Positions 35,963-47,482 of a stretch of 64,000 bases of DNA are shown here, one piece after another. Source of the DNA: Candidatus Binatia bacterium (GTDB lineage: Bacteria > Desulfobacterota > Binatia > UBA9968 > JAJDTQ01). A program made the position numbers and the translations under genes. Under the pieces are notes generated by a model, which saw nothing but the letters and a program-made list of their open reading frames with translations, was not told where the DNA came from and did no database searches. Every line of letters begins with the position of its first letter. Positions within the stretch are counted from its first letter, which is position 1. The stretch lies in contig OY762897.2 of assembly GCA_963666515.2 (NCBI GenBank), positions 1,216,001-1,280,000 on the forward strand, given 5' to 3'.

Positions 35963-37365
35963 CGCTCGGAACACGCACCCGTACGTTGTTGTCGCTGGCC
36001 TGGGTGGTCATGCTTGCCGCGGGGGCGGCTCATGCGAGCACGCGCATGAGCCTGCCCGATTTCGTCACCCTGTCGAAGCAGGTGCGGCCGCTGGTGGTGC
36101 ACATCTCCTCGACGCCCTCGGCGCAATCGCCGTCGGCCCCGGGTCCCTTCGGCGACGACGATCCTTTCAACGACTTCTGGCGGCGCTTCTTCGGCGAGCG
36201 CTTCCCGCGCAATCCGGCGCCGAGTCCGCGCCGCAGCGTGGGCTCCGGCTTCATCGTGGATTCCAGCGGCTACATCCTCACCAACGACCACGTCGTCGAG
36301 GACGGGCAGGAGCTGACGGTCAAGCTGTCGGACGGCTCCGAGCACCAGGCCCGGGTGGCCGGCCGCGATCCCAAGACCGACATCGCGCTGATCAAGATCG
36401 ACGTCGACCGCGAGCTGCCGGTGGTGGCGCTGGGCGACTCGGCCGCGCTGGAAGTCGGCGAGTGGGTGCTGGCCATCGGCAATCCCTTCGGCCTGGAGCA
36501 CACGGTGACCTCGGGCATCGTGAGCGCCAAGGGGCGCCGCATCGGCGCCGGACCCTACGACAACTTCATTCAGACCGACGCCTCCATCAACCCCGGCAAT
36601 TCGGGCGGCCCCCTGATCAACCTGCGGGGCGAGGTGGTGGGGGTGAACACCGCGATCTTCAGCCGGGGCGGCGGCAACATCGGCATCGGTTTCGCCATAC
36701 CCATCAACCTGGTGAAGGGACTGCTGTCGCAGCTCAAGGACGAGGGCAAGGTCACTCGGGGCTGGCTTGGCGTGGTCATCCAGGACGTCAACGCCGAGAT
36801 GGCCGAGGCCCTCGGCATGCGTGAAGCCCGGGGAGCGCTGGTGGCCAACGTCGCCAAGGGGAGCCCGGCGGAGGCCGGCGGCGTCCAGGTGGGGGACGTC
36901 ATCATCGGCTTCGACGGCGCCCCCGTCGGCAAGGCCAGCGAGCTTTCGCTGGCGGTGGCCCGGACGCCGGTGGGGAAGGCCGTCGACGTCGCGGTGGTGC
37001 GCAACGGACGGAACGTCACCGCAAGGGTGCAGATCGCGAGGATGGGCGACGAGGAGACGGTGGTGGAGGTGGAGGACGGCAGCGACCTCGGCCTGACGGT
37101 CCGGGAGATGACCCGCGATTCTGCGGGGAGCCGGCGGACCCGGGAGCCGGAAGGGGTGGTCGTGACCGACGTGGAGTCCGGCAGCCCGGCGGACCGGGCG
37201 GGTATCCGGGCCGGCGACGTGATCATCGAGATCGACCGCAAACGGATCGGCGGCCTGAAGGACTTCAGGCGGATCGTCGGAGAGCTGGCCAGGGGCAGCG
37301 GCATTCTGTTCCTGATACGGCGTGAAGACACGACCATCTTCCTTGCCTTGCGCCTTCCCGGTTGA
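35959..37365 (+). CDS. DegP/HtrA (Do) serine protease with two PDZ domains
   Basis: GSGFI, TNDHV, TDIAL, QTDASINPGNSGG, RGWLGV. Confidence 0.95.
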   Translation: MTLGTRTRTLLSLAWVVMLAAGAAHASTRMSLPDFVTLSKQVRPLVVHISSTPSAQSPSAPGPFGDDDPFNDFWRRFFGERFPRNPAPSPRRSVGSGFIVDSSGYILTNDHVVEDGQELTVKLSDGSEHQARVAGRDPKTDIALIKIDVDRELPVVALGDSAALEVGEWVLAIGNPFGLEHTVTSGIVSAKGRRIGAGPYDNFIQTDASINPGNSGGPLINLRGEVVGVNTAIFSRGGGNIGIGFAIPINLVKGLLSQLKDEGKVTRGWLGVVIQDVNAEMAEALGMREARGALVANVAKGSPAEAGGVQVGDVIIGFDGAPVGKASELSLAVARTPVGKAVDVAVVRNGRNVTARVQIARMGDEETVVEVEDGSDLGLTVREMTRDSAGSRRTREPEGVVVTDVESGSPADRAGIRAGDVIIEIDRKRIGGLKDFRRIVGELARGSGILFLIRREDTTIFLALRLPG

Positions 37366-37377
37366 AGTGGCTCGATC

Positions 37378-39678
37378 ATGAGAGGCGGCTTGAAGAGAAC
37401 CTTCATACGGCTGGTCAAGGTCTCCGCGGCGCTGCTTTTCCTGCTGGTCCTCGGCGGACTGGGCCTGGGAGGGTGGTACGTATGGCACCTGAGCACCGTG
37501 GTGCAGACCAAGTTCGAAGGGCGCAAGTGGGAGTTCCCCTCCAAAATCTACGCGGACAGCAAGATCATCTATCCGGGCATGAGCTTCCCCGCCGGCCAGA
37601 TCCGCGAGAAGCTGCGGCGTCTGGGCTACCGGTCTTCCAGGAGCCGGCCGAGGTCCAAGGGTGAATACCGGGTGCACGGCAAGGCCGCGGTGATCGAGGT
37701 CTTCCTGCACGATTTCCAGTACCCGCTGCGCGAGTTCCAGGGCTTCCCCGTGCGCATCTCCCTGAAATCCGGGATCATCCACCGCATCCAGCGGCTGGAC
37801 AACGGGGAAGTCCTGCCGTCCCTGGAGCTGGAACCCGAGCTGGTGACGGGGTTCTTCGACCGGGTGCGCGAACAGCGGCGGATCGTCCGGCTGGAAGAGG
37901 TGCCGGCGAGGCTGAGGAAGGCGATCCTGTCGGTAGAAGACGAGCGCTTCTACTATCACCGCGGCGTGGACCCGGTGGCGGTGCTGCGGGCCTTTCTGGC
38001 CAACGTGCGCCGTGGAGGAGTCGTGCAGGGCGGCAGCACGTTGACCCAGCAGTTGATGAAGAACTTCTTCCTGGAGAGTGACCGCACCATCGAGCGCAAG
38101 GCCAAGGAAGCGCTCATGGCGCTGGTGACCGAGTGGATGTACACCAAGGACGAGATCCTCGAAAACTACCTCAACGAGATCTATCTCGGCCAGAACGGCG
38201 CGCAGGGCATCTTCGGGATCTGGGAAGCGGCGCGCTTCTACTTCGTCAAGGAACCGGAACAGTTGACCGTCGGCGAGACCGCCATGCTGGCGGGTCTCAT
38301 CAGGGCGCCCAACAGGTATTCTCCCTATCGGAGCATCGAGGACGCCATCGGGCGGCGCAACGTCATCCTGGCCAAGCTGGTGGGCGACGGCATCATCACC
38401 CGGCGCGCCTACGAACGGGCGTTGCAGGAGGTCTTCGAGAAGCGGGAGCCCATACGGCTCACCAACGGCGCGCCGTATTTCACCGACTACGTGAAGAAGG
38501 AGCTGGCCGCCCACTACAGCAACGACGTGTTGACCGCCGAGGGGCTGCGCATCTTCACGAGTCTGGACCTGGAGGCCCAGCAGGCCGCCGCGGCGGCCCT
38601 GTCCAGGGGGCTCGGGAGGCTGGAGAAGGACTATGGGCACTTGCGCAAGATCGCCAAGACCGACGATCTGGAGGGCGCCCTGGTGGTGATCAAGCCGCAG
38701 ACCGGCGAGATCAAGGCCATGGTCGGCGGCCGTGACTACCGCAAGTCCCAGTTCAACCGGGTGGCTCAGGCCAAGCGGCAACCCGGCTCGGTCTTCAAGC
38801 CGTTCGTTTTTCTGGCCGCCTTGACCCACGGCTCGGCCCAGAGTCAGGAGCCCTATCACAGCACGACGTTCGTGGAAGACGCGCCGTTCACGTGGAGCTA
38901 CGGCCGCCAGAACTGGGCGCCGGAGAACTACAAGCAACGGTACTACGGCTGGGTGACCATGCGCGAGGCCATGGAGAAGTCCCTGAACGCCGCGACCGCG
39001 CGCATCGCGCAGGACGTGGGCATCAAGAAGGTGCGCGAGATGGCTTACCGGATGGGTATCCAGAGCCGGCTTCCGCTGCTGCCGTCGCTGGCCCTGGGCG
39101 CGGTCGAAGTCACGCCCCTCGAAATGGCGGGAGCGTTTTCGGCCCTGGCCAACAACGGCATCCGCACCCACCTGCTGTCCATCAAGAACGTGCTGGACCG
39201 CAACGGCAACGTGCTGGAGAAGCGGAACATCCGGGTGAAGCGGGTCATCTCGCCTCAGGTGGCTTTCGACATGAATAATATGCTGCGCGGCGTGGTGGAC
39301 CGCGGCACGGCGCGCGGCGCGCGCCGCCTGGGTTTCACGCGCCCCGCGGCCGGGAAGACCGGCACCACCAACGACGCCAGGGACGCTTGGTTCGCGGGCT
39401 ACACCCCCGACCTGCTGGCGCTGGTGTGGGTCGGCTTCGACCGCCAGTCGGAGTTGGGGCTCGCGGGGTCGCAGGCCGCCCTGCCCATCTGGACCGACTT
39501 CATGAAGAAGGCTACCAGCAGGGTTCCGGTCACGGATTTCGTGACCCCTCCAGGGGTCTCGGCCTTCGAGGCCGGCCCGCGTGCCGCCGGCGCCTCGCGG
39601 TGCCCGGGCGGAGTCCAGGGAGGGGATTCCGGCGCGGAAGGGACCCGGCCTGCGGCATCGGTGGCGACATGCGGGTAG
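37378..39678 (+). CDS. Class A penicillin-binding protein (PBP1B-like, with UB2H region)
   Basis: EDERFY.H.G, QGGSTLTQQ, RKAKE, SVFK, SLN, KTG. Confidence 0.94.
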   Translation: MRGGLKRTFIRLVKVSAALLFLLVLGGLGLGGWYVWHLSTVVQTKFEGRKWEFPSKIYADSKIIYPGMSFPAGQIREKLRRLGYRSSRSRPRSKGEYRVHGKAAVIEVFLHDFQYPLREFQGFPVRISLKSGIIHRIQRLDNGEVLPSLELEPELVTGFFDRVREQRRIVRLEEVPARLRKAILSVEDERFYYHRGVDPVAVLRAFLANVRRGGVVQGGSTLTQQLMKNFFLESDRTIERKAKEALMALVTEWMYTKDEILENYLNEIYLGQNGAQGIFGIWEAARFYFVKEPEQLTVGETAMLAGLIRAPNRYSPYRSIEDAIGRRNVILAKLVGDGIITRRAYERALQEVFEKREPIRLTNGAPYFTDYVKKELAAHYSNDVLTAEGLRIFTSLDLEAQQAAAAALSRGLGRLEKDYGHLRKIAKTDDLEGALVVIKPQTGEIKAMVGGRDYRKSQFNRVAQAKRQPGSVFKPFVFLAALTHGSAQSQEPYHSTTFVEDAPFTWSYGRQNWAPENYKQRYYGWVTMREAMEKSLNAATARIAQDVGIKKVREMAYRMGIQSRLPLLPSLALGAVEVTPLEMAGAFSALANNGIRTHLLSIKNVLDRNGNVLEKRNIRVKRVISPQVAFDMNNMLRGVVDRGTARGARRLGFTRPAAGKTGTTNDARDAWFAGYTPDLLALVWVGFDRQSELGLAGSQAALPIWTDFMKKATSRVPVTDFVTPPGVSAFEAGPRAAGASRCPGGVQGGDSGAEGTRPAASVATCG

Positions 39679-39718
39679 GGACGGCCCTGGAGCCCGCCGG
39701 CGGCGCGGGCGTCGCGCC

Positions 39719-40342
39719 ATGATACGGTTCGGCCGTCTGTTGCAGGCCACCGTCTGGCTGGTGGCGGCTTCCATGATGTCGGCGTGCGCGATGCAGCAGG
39801 GACCCGCTCCTTCACCGGGGAAGGAGGGCGGCTCGTCCGCGGCCGCGGCGATGAGGCCCTCATCCCGAGGCATGGGGAGATCCCCGGCGCCCGGCGTGTC
39901 GGGGACGGCGCCGGAGCGCAGCCTGCGGATGCAGCGCGGTTCGTCGCCCCAGCGCGTCGCGTCGGTGCGCATGACCGAGCGGGCGGTGCGGCTGCTCCGC
40001 TCCGGTCAGCACGACCGGGCTTTGAGTGAGCTGGAAAAGAGCCTTTCCACCGACGGCACCAATCCGTATGCCCATTACTACATCGCGGTGGCCCACTACC
40101 GGTTGGGCGACTTCAAGGCTTCGCTGGACTTCCTGGACGCGGTCGAGTCCGTCCTGGGCCGCGACCCTTCGTGGTTCGTGCAGGGCCTGGTCCTTCGAGG
40201 CGACAACCTTCGGGCCCTGGGCCGGTTCGGCGCCGCGGGGGAGGCCTATCGGAGGGCTCTCTCCATGGATGCGGCCAATCCGTCGGCCGCCCGCGGTCTT
40301 CAGTGGACCCGGCAGCGTTCGCGGCAGGTCCGGTCGTGGTAG
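39719..40342 (+). CDS. TPR-repeat lipoprotein (possible PBP activator)
   Basis: Signal peptide ending MSAC; disordered linker; TPR patterns (A..ELEKSL..D.TNPYAHY, A..AYRRAL..D..N). Confidence 0.75.
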   Translation: MIRFGRLLQATVWLVAASMMSACAMQQGPAPSPGKEGGSSAAAAMRPSSRGMGRSPAPGVSGTAPERSLRMQRGSSPQRVASVRMTERAVRLLRSGQHDRALSELEKSLSTDGTNPYAHYYIAVAHYRLGDFKASLDFLDAVESVLGRDPSWFVQGLVLRGDNLRALGRFGAAGEAYRRALSMDAANPSAARGLQWTRQRSRQVRSW

Positions 40343-40431
40343 ACTCGTCGTGCCGCCTCCGTGCGGTTCGGGAAACCGCGTCGGCGGGACGCGACGGTAC
40401 AGATTCGGTACGAATTCAATGGAGGTGAGTC

Positions 40432-41427
40432 GTGATCGTGTTGGGCGTCGAGACCTCGTGTGACGACACCGCGGCGGCGGTTCTCGAAGACGGCAGGGCC
40501 GTGCGGGCCAACCTGGTGTCGTCCCAGGATGCCGTCCACGCACCCTACGGCGGCATCGTGCCGGAGATGGCCTCGCGCCAGCACATACGCACCATCCAGC
40601 CCATGGTGGATAGGGCCCTGGAGCGTGCGGAGGTCGGCATCGGCGACCTCGACGGCCTGGCGGTCACCTACGGTCCCGGGTTGACCGGGTCGCTGCTGGT
40701 GGGGCTCTCGTTCGTCAAGGGGTGGTCCTTCCGTTCCGGCATCCCCTACGTGGGGGTCAACCACCTCGAGGCGCACGTGCTGTCCATCTTCCTGGAGAAG
40801 GAAGTGGCCTTCCCGTATCTTGCGCTGGTGGCTTCCGGCGGACACACGCTGCTCTACGTGGTGCGGGGATTCGGCGAGTACGAGCACCTGGGGGGCACCC
40901 TCGACGACGCCGCCGGCGAGGCCTACGACAAGGTCGCCAAGATGATGGGGCTGGGGTTCCCCGGCGGACGCGTCATCGACGACCTGGCCAAGCAGGGGGA
41001 CCCGCGCGCGGTGGCCTTTCCCCGGGCGCGCCTGCGCACCCCCTACGACTTCAGCTTCAGCGGGCTCAAGACGTCCGTCTGGCACTACCTGACGCGGAAG
41101 CGGGCGGACCGCTGGCGCGACGAGATGGCGGACATCGCGGCGAGCTTCCAGGAGGCGGTGGTGGACATGCTGATCGCCCCGACGCTCAGGGCCGCGGCGG
41201 AGTTCGGCATCGAGCACATCGTCCTGGGCGGCGGCGTCGCCGCCAACAGCCGGCTGCGCGCCAAGATGGCCGAGAAGGCCGGCGAGATGGGAGCGGAACT
41301 CCACTGCCCCTCGCTGCGTTTCTGCACCGACAACGGCGCCATGATCGCGCTGGTGGGGAGCCACCTGCTGGAGCGGGGCGGCCGAAATGGTCCCCGCCTG
41401 AACGCAGACCCCGCGCTGATCCTTTGA
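40432..41427 (+). CDS. tsaD: tRNA threonylcarbamoyltransferase TsaD
   Basis: LGVETSCDDT, GGIVPE.ASR.H, HLEAH, SGGHT, DDAAGEAYDK, FSFSGLK, CTDNGAMI. Confidence 0.97.
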   Translation: MIVLGVETSCDDTAAAVLEDGRAVRANLVSSQDAVHAPYGGIVPEMASRQHIRTIQPMVDRALERAEVGIGDLDGLAVTYGPGLTGSLLVGLSFVKGWSFRSGIPYVGVNHLEAHVLSIFLEKEVAFPYLALVASGGHTLLYVVRGFGEYEHLGGTLDDAAGEAYDKVAKMMGLGFPGGRVIDDLAKQGDPRAVAFPRARLRTPYDFSFSGLKTSVWHYLTRKRADRWRDEMADIAASFQEAVVDMLIAPTLRAAAEFGIEHIVLGGGVAANSRLRAKMAEKAGEMGAELHCPSLRFCTDNGAMIALVGSHLLERGGRNGPRLNADPALIL

Positions 41428-41459
41428 GGAGACCCGGATCGCTCGCAGTCATCGGAAGG

Positions 41460-41554
41460 GTCCTTCGACTTCGCTTCACTACGCTCAGGACGAACGGAGC
41501 ACAATCCCCATCATCACCGTTCGTCCTGAGCGTAGCGAAGCGAAGTCGAAGGAC
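41460..41554. repeat. 95-bp palindromic element (38-bp arms, 1 mismatch, 19-nt loop)
   Basis: GTCCTTCGACTTCGCTTCACTACGCTCAGGACGAACGG and its reverse complement; degenerate half copy at 44020-44047. Confidence 0.92.
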
Positions 41555-42427
41555 ATGACGACCCTTCACCAAGAGGCGAGGAACGCTTGGCGCGAGTTGG
41601 GGTTCACCCCCCGCAAGGCGCGCGGTCAGAACTTTCTCGTCCACCGGCGGGTTATCGACACCATCCTTCAGCTCCTCGAGCTGGGAGAAGACGACCGCAT
41701 CCTGGAAGTGGGGCCCGGCCTGGGTTTCGTCACCCGCCATCTGGTAGGGAAGCAGCGGAGCGTGTGGGCCGTCGAGGTGGACCCGTTGCTGGTGCAATGG
41801 CTCCGCGACGGTCCGTTGGGATCGTGCCCGGAGTTTCACCTGGTGCACGAGGACGTGCTGGAGACGGATTTCCGGCGCCTGCTGCCGGAGGACGGATTCA
41901 AGGTGGTGGCGAACCTTCCCTACAGCGTGGCGGCGCCGGTGCTGCTGCGCCTGTTCGAGGCGTCGCCGCGCTTCACCGTCCTGGTGGTGATGCTGCAGAA
42001 GGAAGTGGCCCGAAGACTGGCGGCGGAGCCGGGCGCGTCCGCCTACGGCGCGCTTTCGGTGTGGCGCCGGCTGTACGGGCGGGTCACCGGAAGGATCGCG
42101 GTGTCTCCCGAGGCGTTCACGCCCAGGCCCAGGGTGGACTCCACGCTGCTGAGGATCGAGCTGCACCGGGACCCGCTGGTCCCCGCCCGGGAGATACCCT
42201 TGCTGAGGGAAGTGGTGCGCGCGGGGTTCGGCCGGCGGCGCAAGATGCTGGGCAACGCACTGGCGGGCCTGTTCGGTTCACGGGGACAGGACATCTTCGA
42301 CCGCGCCGCCATCGACCCGCGGCGGCGGGCCGAGACCCTGAACCTGGAGGAGTTTGCCCGGTTGGCGCGCGCCTTCGGGGAGGTGCGGGGCGCGGAAGGG
42401 AAGGGCAGCGATGCCGGAGCTTCCTGA
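41555..42427 (+). CDS. rsmA: 16S rRNA m6,2A dimethyltransferase
   Basis: GQNFL, LEVGPGLG, VANLPY, MLQKEVA.R, F.PRP.VDS, RRKML.NAL. Confidence 0.96.
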   Translation: MTTLHQEARNAWRELGFTPRKARGQNFLVHRRVIDTILQLLELGEDDRILEVGPGLGFVTRHLVGKQRSVWAVEVDPLLVQWLRDGPLGSCPEFHLVHEDVLETDFRRLLPEDGFKVVANLPYSVAAPVLLRLFEASPRFTVLVVMLQKEVARRLAAEPGASAYGALSVWRRLYGRVTGRIAVSPEAFTPRPRVDSTLLRIELHRDPLVPAREIPLLREVVRAGFGRRRKMLGNALAGLFGSRGQDIFDRAAIDPRRRAETLNLEEFARLARAFGEVRGAEGKGSDAGAS

Positions 42428-43235
42428 AGTCGAGACCGTGTGCCGCACGCTGCGCGAGCGGCTTCGCGGGGCCACCATCGTCGAAGTCCGGGTCATCGAA
42501 GGGCGCCTGCGCCGGCCCGTGGCCGGGGACTTCGCGACCCGCCTGGAGGGGCGGCGGGTGGCCGCGGTGACCCGGCGGGGCAAGTACATCGTGACCGAGC
42601 TGGAGGGCGCCTGGACCTGGGTCACGCACCTGGGAATGTCGGGCAAGCTGACGTTTCGGGAGCCGGGCGCGTCCGTCGAGAAACACGACCACCTGGTGTT
42701 CACCCTCGACCGCGGCGGCGAGCTTCGCTACCACGACCCGCGGCGTTTCGGGCTGTGCGTGGCGCTGCCCAGCTCGGAGCTGGACGCGTGGCCGCCGTTT
42801 GCCGGACTGGGCGTGGACCCGCTGGGCCGCGGTTTCACCGGCGACTACCTCTACGGCTTCCTGCACCGTTCCCGCAGGACGGTCCGGGACCTGCTCTTGG
42901 ACCAGCAGATCGTCTGCGGTCTCGGCAACATCTACGTCAACGAGGTGCTCTTTCGCGTCGGCGCCCGTCCCACCCGCCGGAGCCACCGCATATCCAGGGC
43001 ATTGAGCGCGCAGCTCGTGAGTGAAATCCGTTCGTTGCTGCGCGAGGCCATTCGATGGCGGGGCAGCTCGGTGTCGGACTACCGCGACGGCAACGATGAC
43101 CGCGGCGGCTTTCAGTGGCGGCTCCAGGTGTACGACCGCAAGGGCGCGCCCTGCTACCGGTGCGGTGCCCCCATCAAGCGGATCGGGCGGGGCAACCGCG
43201 GCGTCTTCTACTGCCCCCGCTGCCAGCGCTGGTAG
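42411..43235 (+). CDS. mutM: Formamidopyrimidine-DNA glycosylase
   Basis: MPELPEVE, RRGKY, HLGMSG, DPRRFG, GLGNIY, C4 zinc finger. Confidence 0.97.
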   Translation: MPELPEVETVCRTLRERLRGATIVEVRVIEGRLRRPVAGDFATRLEGRRVAAVTRRGKYIVTELEGAWTWVTHLGMSGKLTFREPGASVEKHDHLVFTLDRGGELRYHDPRRFGLCVALPSSELDAWPPFAGLGVDPLGRGFTGDYLYGFLHRSRRTVRDLLLDQQIVCGLGNIYVNEVLFRVGARPTRRSHRISRALSAQLVSEIRSLLREAIRWRGSSVSDYRDGNDDRGGFQWRLQVYDRKGAPCYRCGAPIKRIGRGNRGVFYCPRCQRW

Positions 43236-43310
43236 CGGCGCCTGGCCGGCCGCCCCTGCATCCCGGCGCCGTTGCGGCGCGGGCTCCCGGACGCAACCCC
43301 GCTACGCCCG

Positions 43311-43838
43311 TCACCCCACAATCTTGTAGTCGCCTCCCAGGTAGCTGCGGCACAGCTCGGCGTAGGTGGAAGAGCCCATCTTGATCCAGTTCAGGGCCTC
43401 GCCGCTGATCTCCTTCTTGACCTTGGCCGGGCTGCCGGCCGCCAGGCAGCGCGGCGGAATGCGGGTGTGCGGCACCACCACGCTGCCGGCCGCGATGAGG
43501 GACTCCTCGCCGATCTCGGTATCCTCCAGCAGGGTCGAGTTCATGCCGATGATGGCGGACCTGCGGATGGTGGCGCCCTCCATGATGGCGGCGTGCCCCA
43601 CGGTCACGTCCTCTTCGATGATCACCGCGCCCTCGCCCGAATGCATCACGCAATTGTCCTGGACGCTGGTCCGGGCGCCGATGACGATGGGGTTCTGGTT
43701 CTCGTCGGAGCGGAGCACCGCGCCGAACCAGATGCTGGCGCCGGCCTCCACCGTGACGTCGCCGATGAGAACGGCGGTGGGAGCGACGAACGCTTCCGGG
43801 GAAACCCTGGGGCTCTGCCCCTTGTACTGGATGAGCAT
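43311..43838 (-). CDS. Gamma carbonic anhydrase/YrdA-like hexapeptide protein
   Basis: IGDV, IWFGAVLR.D, VQDN..MH, VTVGH; the third metal-binding His appears replaced (HAAIMEG). Confidence 0.9.
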   Translation of the reverse strand: MLIQYKGQSPRVSPEAFVAPTAVLIGDVTVEAGASIWFGAVLRSDENQNPIVIGARTSVQDNCVMHSGEGAVIIEEDVTVGHAAIMEGATIRRSAIIGMNSTLLEDTEIGEESLIAAGSVVVPHTRIPPRCLAAGSPAKVKKEISGEALNWIKMGSSTYAELCRSYLGGDYKIVG

Positions 43839-43860
43839 GTGGATCTCCTTGCTCCCTCTC

Positions 43861-43961
43861 CGTGATTCCCGCGAAAGCGGGAATCACGGGGTGGAGCGGG
43901 GCGAGATGTACGTGCTAGCCGTCCCCGCCCAGCCTGGATTCCCGCTTTCGCGGGAATCACG
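43861..43961. repeat. REP-like doublet element (ATTCCCGCGAAAGCGGGAAT type)
   Basis: Two inverted ~26-28 bp GAAA-loop hairpins around a spacer. Confidence 0.9.
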
Positions 43962-44061
43962 ATTCGGGGCGGCTGGCACCCTTGTAACCCGTCGAAGCCG
44001 AATGCTGTTCCGTGCCTCTTGAGCGTAGCAGCACGAAGTCGAAGGACGTCTTCACGGGATC

Positions 44062-45294
44062 TCACGAAGCCAGATGCCGCGACGCGGTCTGGCAGATGGT
44101 GTCGGCGATGCCCAGGGACGAGGTGGCGCCGGGGGAAGGGGCGTTGAGCACGTGCACGGCGCCCTCGGACTCGGCGATGACGAAGTCGTCCACCAGCTTG
44201 CCGCTGGCCGACACGGCCTGGGCGCGCACCCCCGCGCCGCTGTACACCAGGTCGTCCGACTGGATGGCCGGAATCAGGCGCTGAAGCTCGCGCGTGAAGG
44301 CGCGCTTGTCGAAGGAGCGGCGCAGCTCCGGCAGCGAGGTCTTCCAGTGCTTCCGCGCCATGGCCCAGAAACCGCCGTAGGTGAAGACCTGGTACAGGTC
44401 CCGCAAGTTGACGTCGCTTTGCCGGTATCCCTGGCGCGCGAACGCCAGCACGGCGTTGGGGCCCACCTCTACCCGGCCGTGGACCGTGGGGGTGAAATGA
44501 ACCCCGAGGAAGGGGAACTGGGGGTCGGGCACCGGGTAGACGAGCCCCTTGACCAGCCCCTGCTTGTCCGGCTTGAGGCGGTGGTACTCGCCACGGAACG
44601 GAACGATGCGCACCGGCTCGTCGATGCCGCCGCTCTGGCTTTCCGCGAAGCCCGGCGTCATGGCCGCCACCCGGTCGACGAACAGACCCGCGCAGTTGAT
44701 CAGCGTGCGCGTCTCCACCGCGTCGCGGGAGGTCTCGATGACGAACCCGGTTCCCGAGCGGGTCATGCCGGTGACCTCGCACGAGGTGCGGACGGCGCCG
44801 CCGGCCGCCTCGAACAGCCGCGCATAGGCTCGCGCCACGTCGCCGAAGTCGATGATGCCGGTGAACGGAGCGTGCAGCGCCTTGATTCCGGTGCAGTGGG
44901 GCTCGATCTCCCGCAGCTCCTCCGGGCCGATCATGCGCACACCCTCGACCCCGTTGGCCTCGGCGCGCCGGTTCAGCTCGTCCAGGCGCGGAAGTTCCTC
45001 CGGGCGGGTGGCGACGATGACCTTGCCGCAAAGGTCGTAGTGGATGCGGTGCTCGTCGCAGAACTCCAGCAGCGCCTTCTTCCCGGCCACGCAGGTGCGC
45101 GCCTTCACCGATCCCGGCCGGTAGTAGATGCCGGAGTGGAGCACGCCGCTGTTGTGGCCGGTCTGGTGCATGCCCAGCTCCGGCTCCTTCTCCAGCAGCG
45201 CGCACCGCAGCCCCGGATGCTCCCGCGCCATGCGCATGGCCGTGGCCAATCCGACGATGCCGCCGCCGATGATGGTGAGGTCGAACTTTTCCAT
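44062..45294 (-). CDS. lhgO: L-2-hydroxyglutarate oxidase
   Basis: IGGGIVG, HQTGHNSGVLHSGIYY, PFRGEY, YPVPDP.FPFLGVH, GVRAQA, NAPSPGATSS. Confidence 0.94.
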   Translation of the reverse strand: MEKFDLTIIGGGIVGLATAMRMAREHPGLRCALLEKEPELGMHQTGHNSGVLHSGIYYRPGSVKARTCVAGKKALLEFCDEHRIHYDLCGKVIVATRPEELPRLDELNRRAEANGVEGVRMIGPEELREIEPHCTGIKALHAPFTGIIDFGDVARAYARLFEAAGGAVRTSCEVTGMTRSGTGFVIETSRDAVETRTLINCAGLFVDRVAAMTPGFAESQSGGIDEPVRIVPFRGEYHRLKPDKQGLVKGLVYPVPDPQFPFLGVHFTPTVHGRVEVGPNAVLAFARQGYRQSDVNLRDLYQVFTYGGFWAMARKHWKTSLPELRRSFDKRAFTRELQRLIPAIQSDDLVYSGAGVRAQAVSASGKLVDDFVIAESEGAVHVLNAPSPGATSSLGIADTICQTASRHLAS

Positions 45295-45429
45295 GGGGAC
45301 GAGAAGGGATGCCGCCGTGACATCGGTGGGCAACCGCGATACGGAACTTAACAGCTTCCGCGCGCGCGTGTCCAGGGAGCAGGAGTCGCCGTTTTGCACA
45401 CCCACGGTCCGCGGTGTTATTCCTTTGAC

Positions 45430-47466
<2,037 letters not shown>

Positions 47467-47482
47467 GTGGTCCCTTCAAGTC

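Noticed and set aside
35905-39972. 1355-aa minus-strand ORF and other long antisense ORFs (e.g. 27695-30838, 11184-13691, 47327-49504, 6198-8300)
   Set aside because: Shadows of well-supported genes in high-GC DNA; no motifs.
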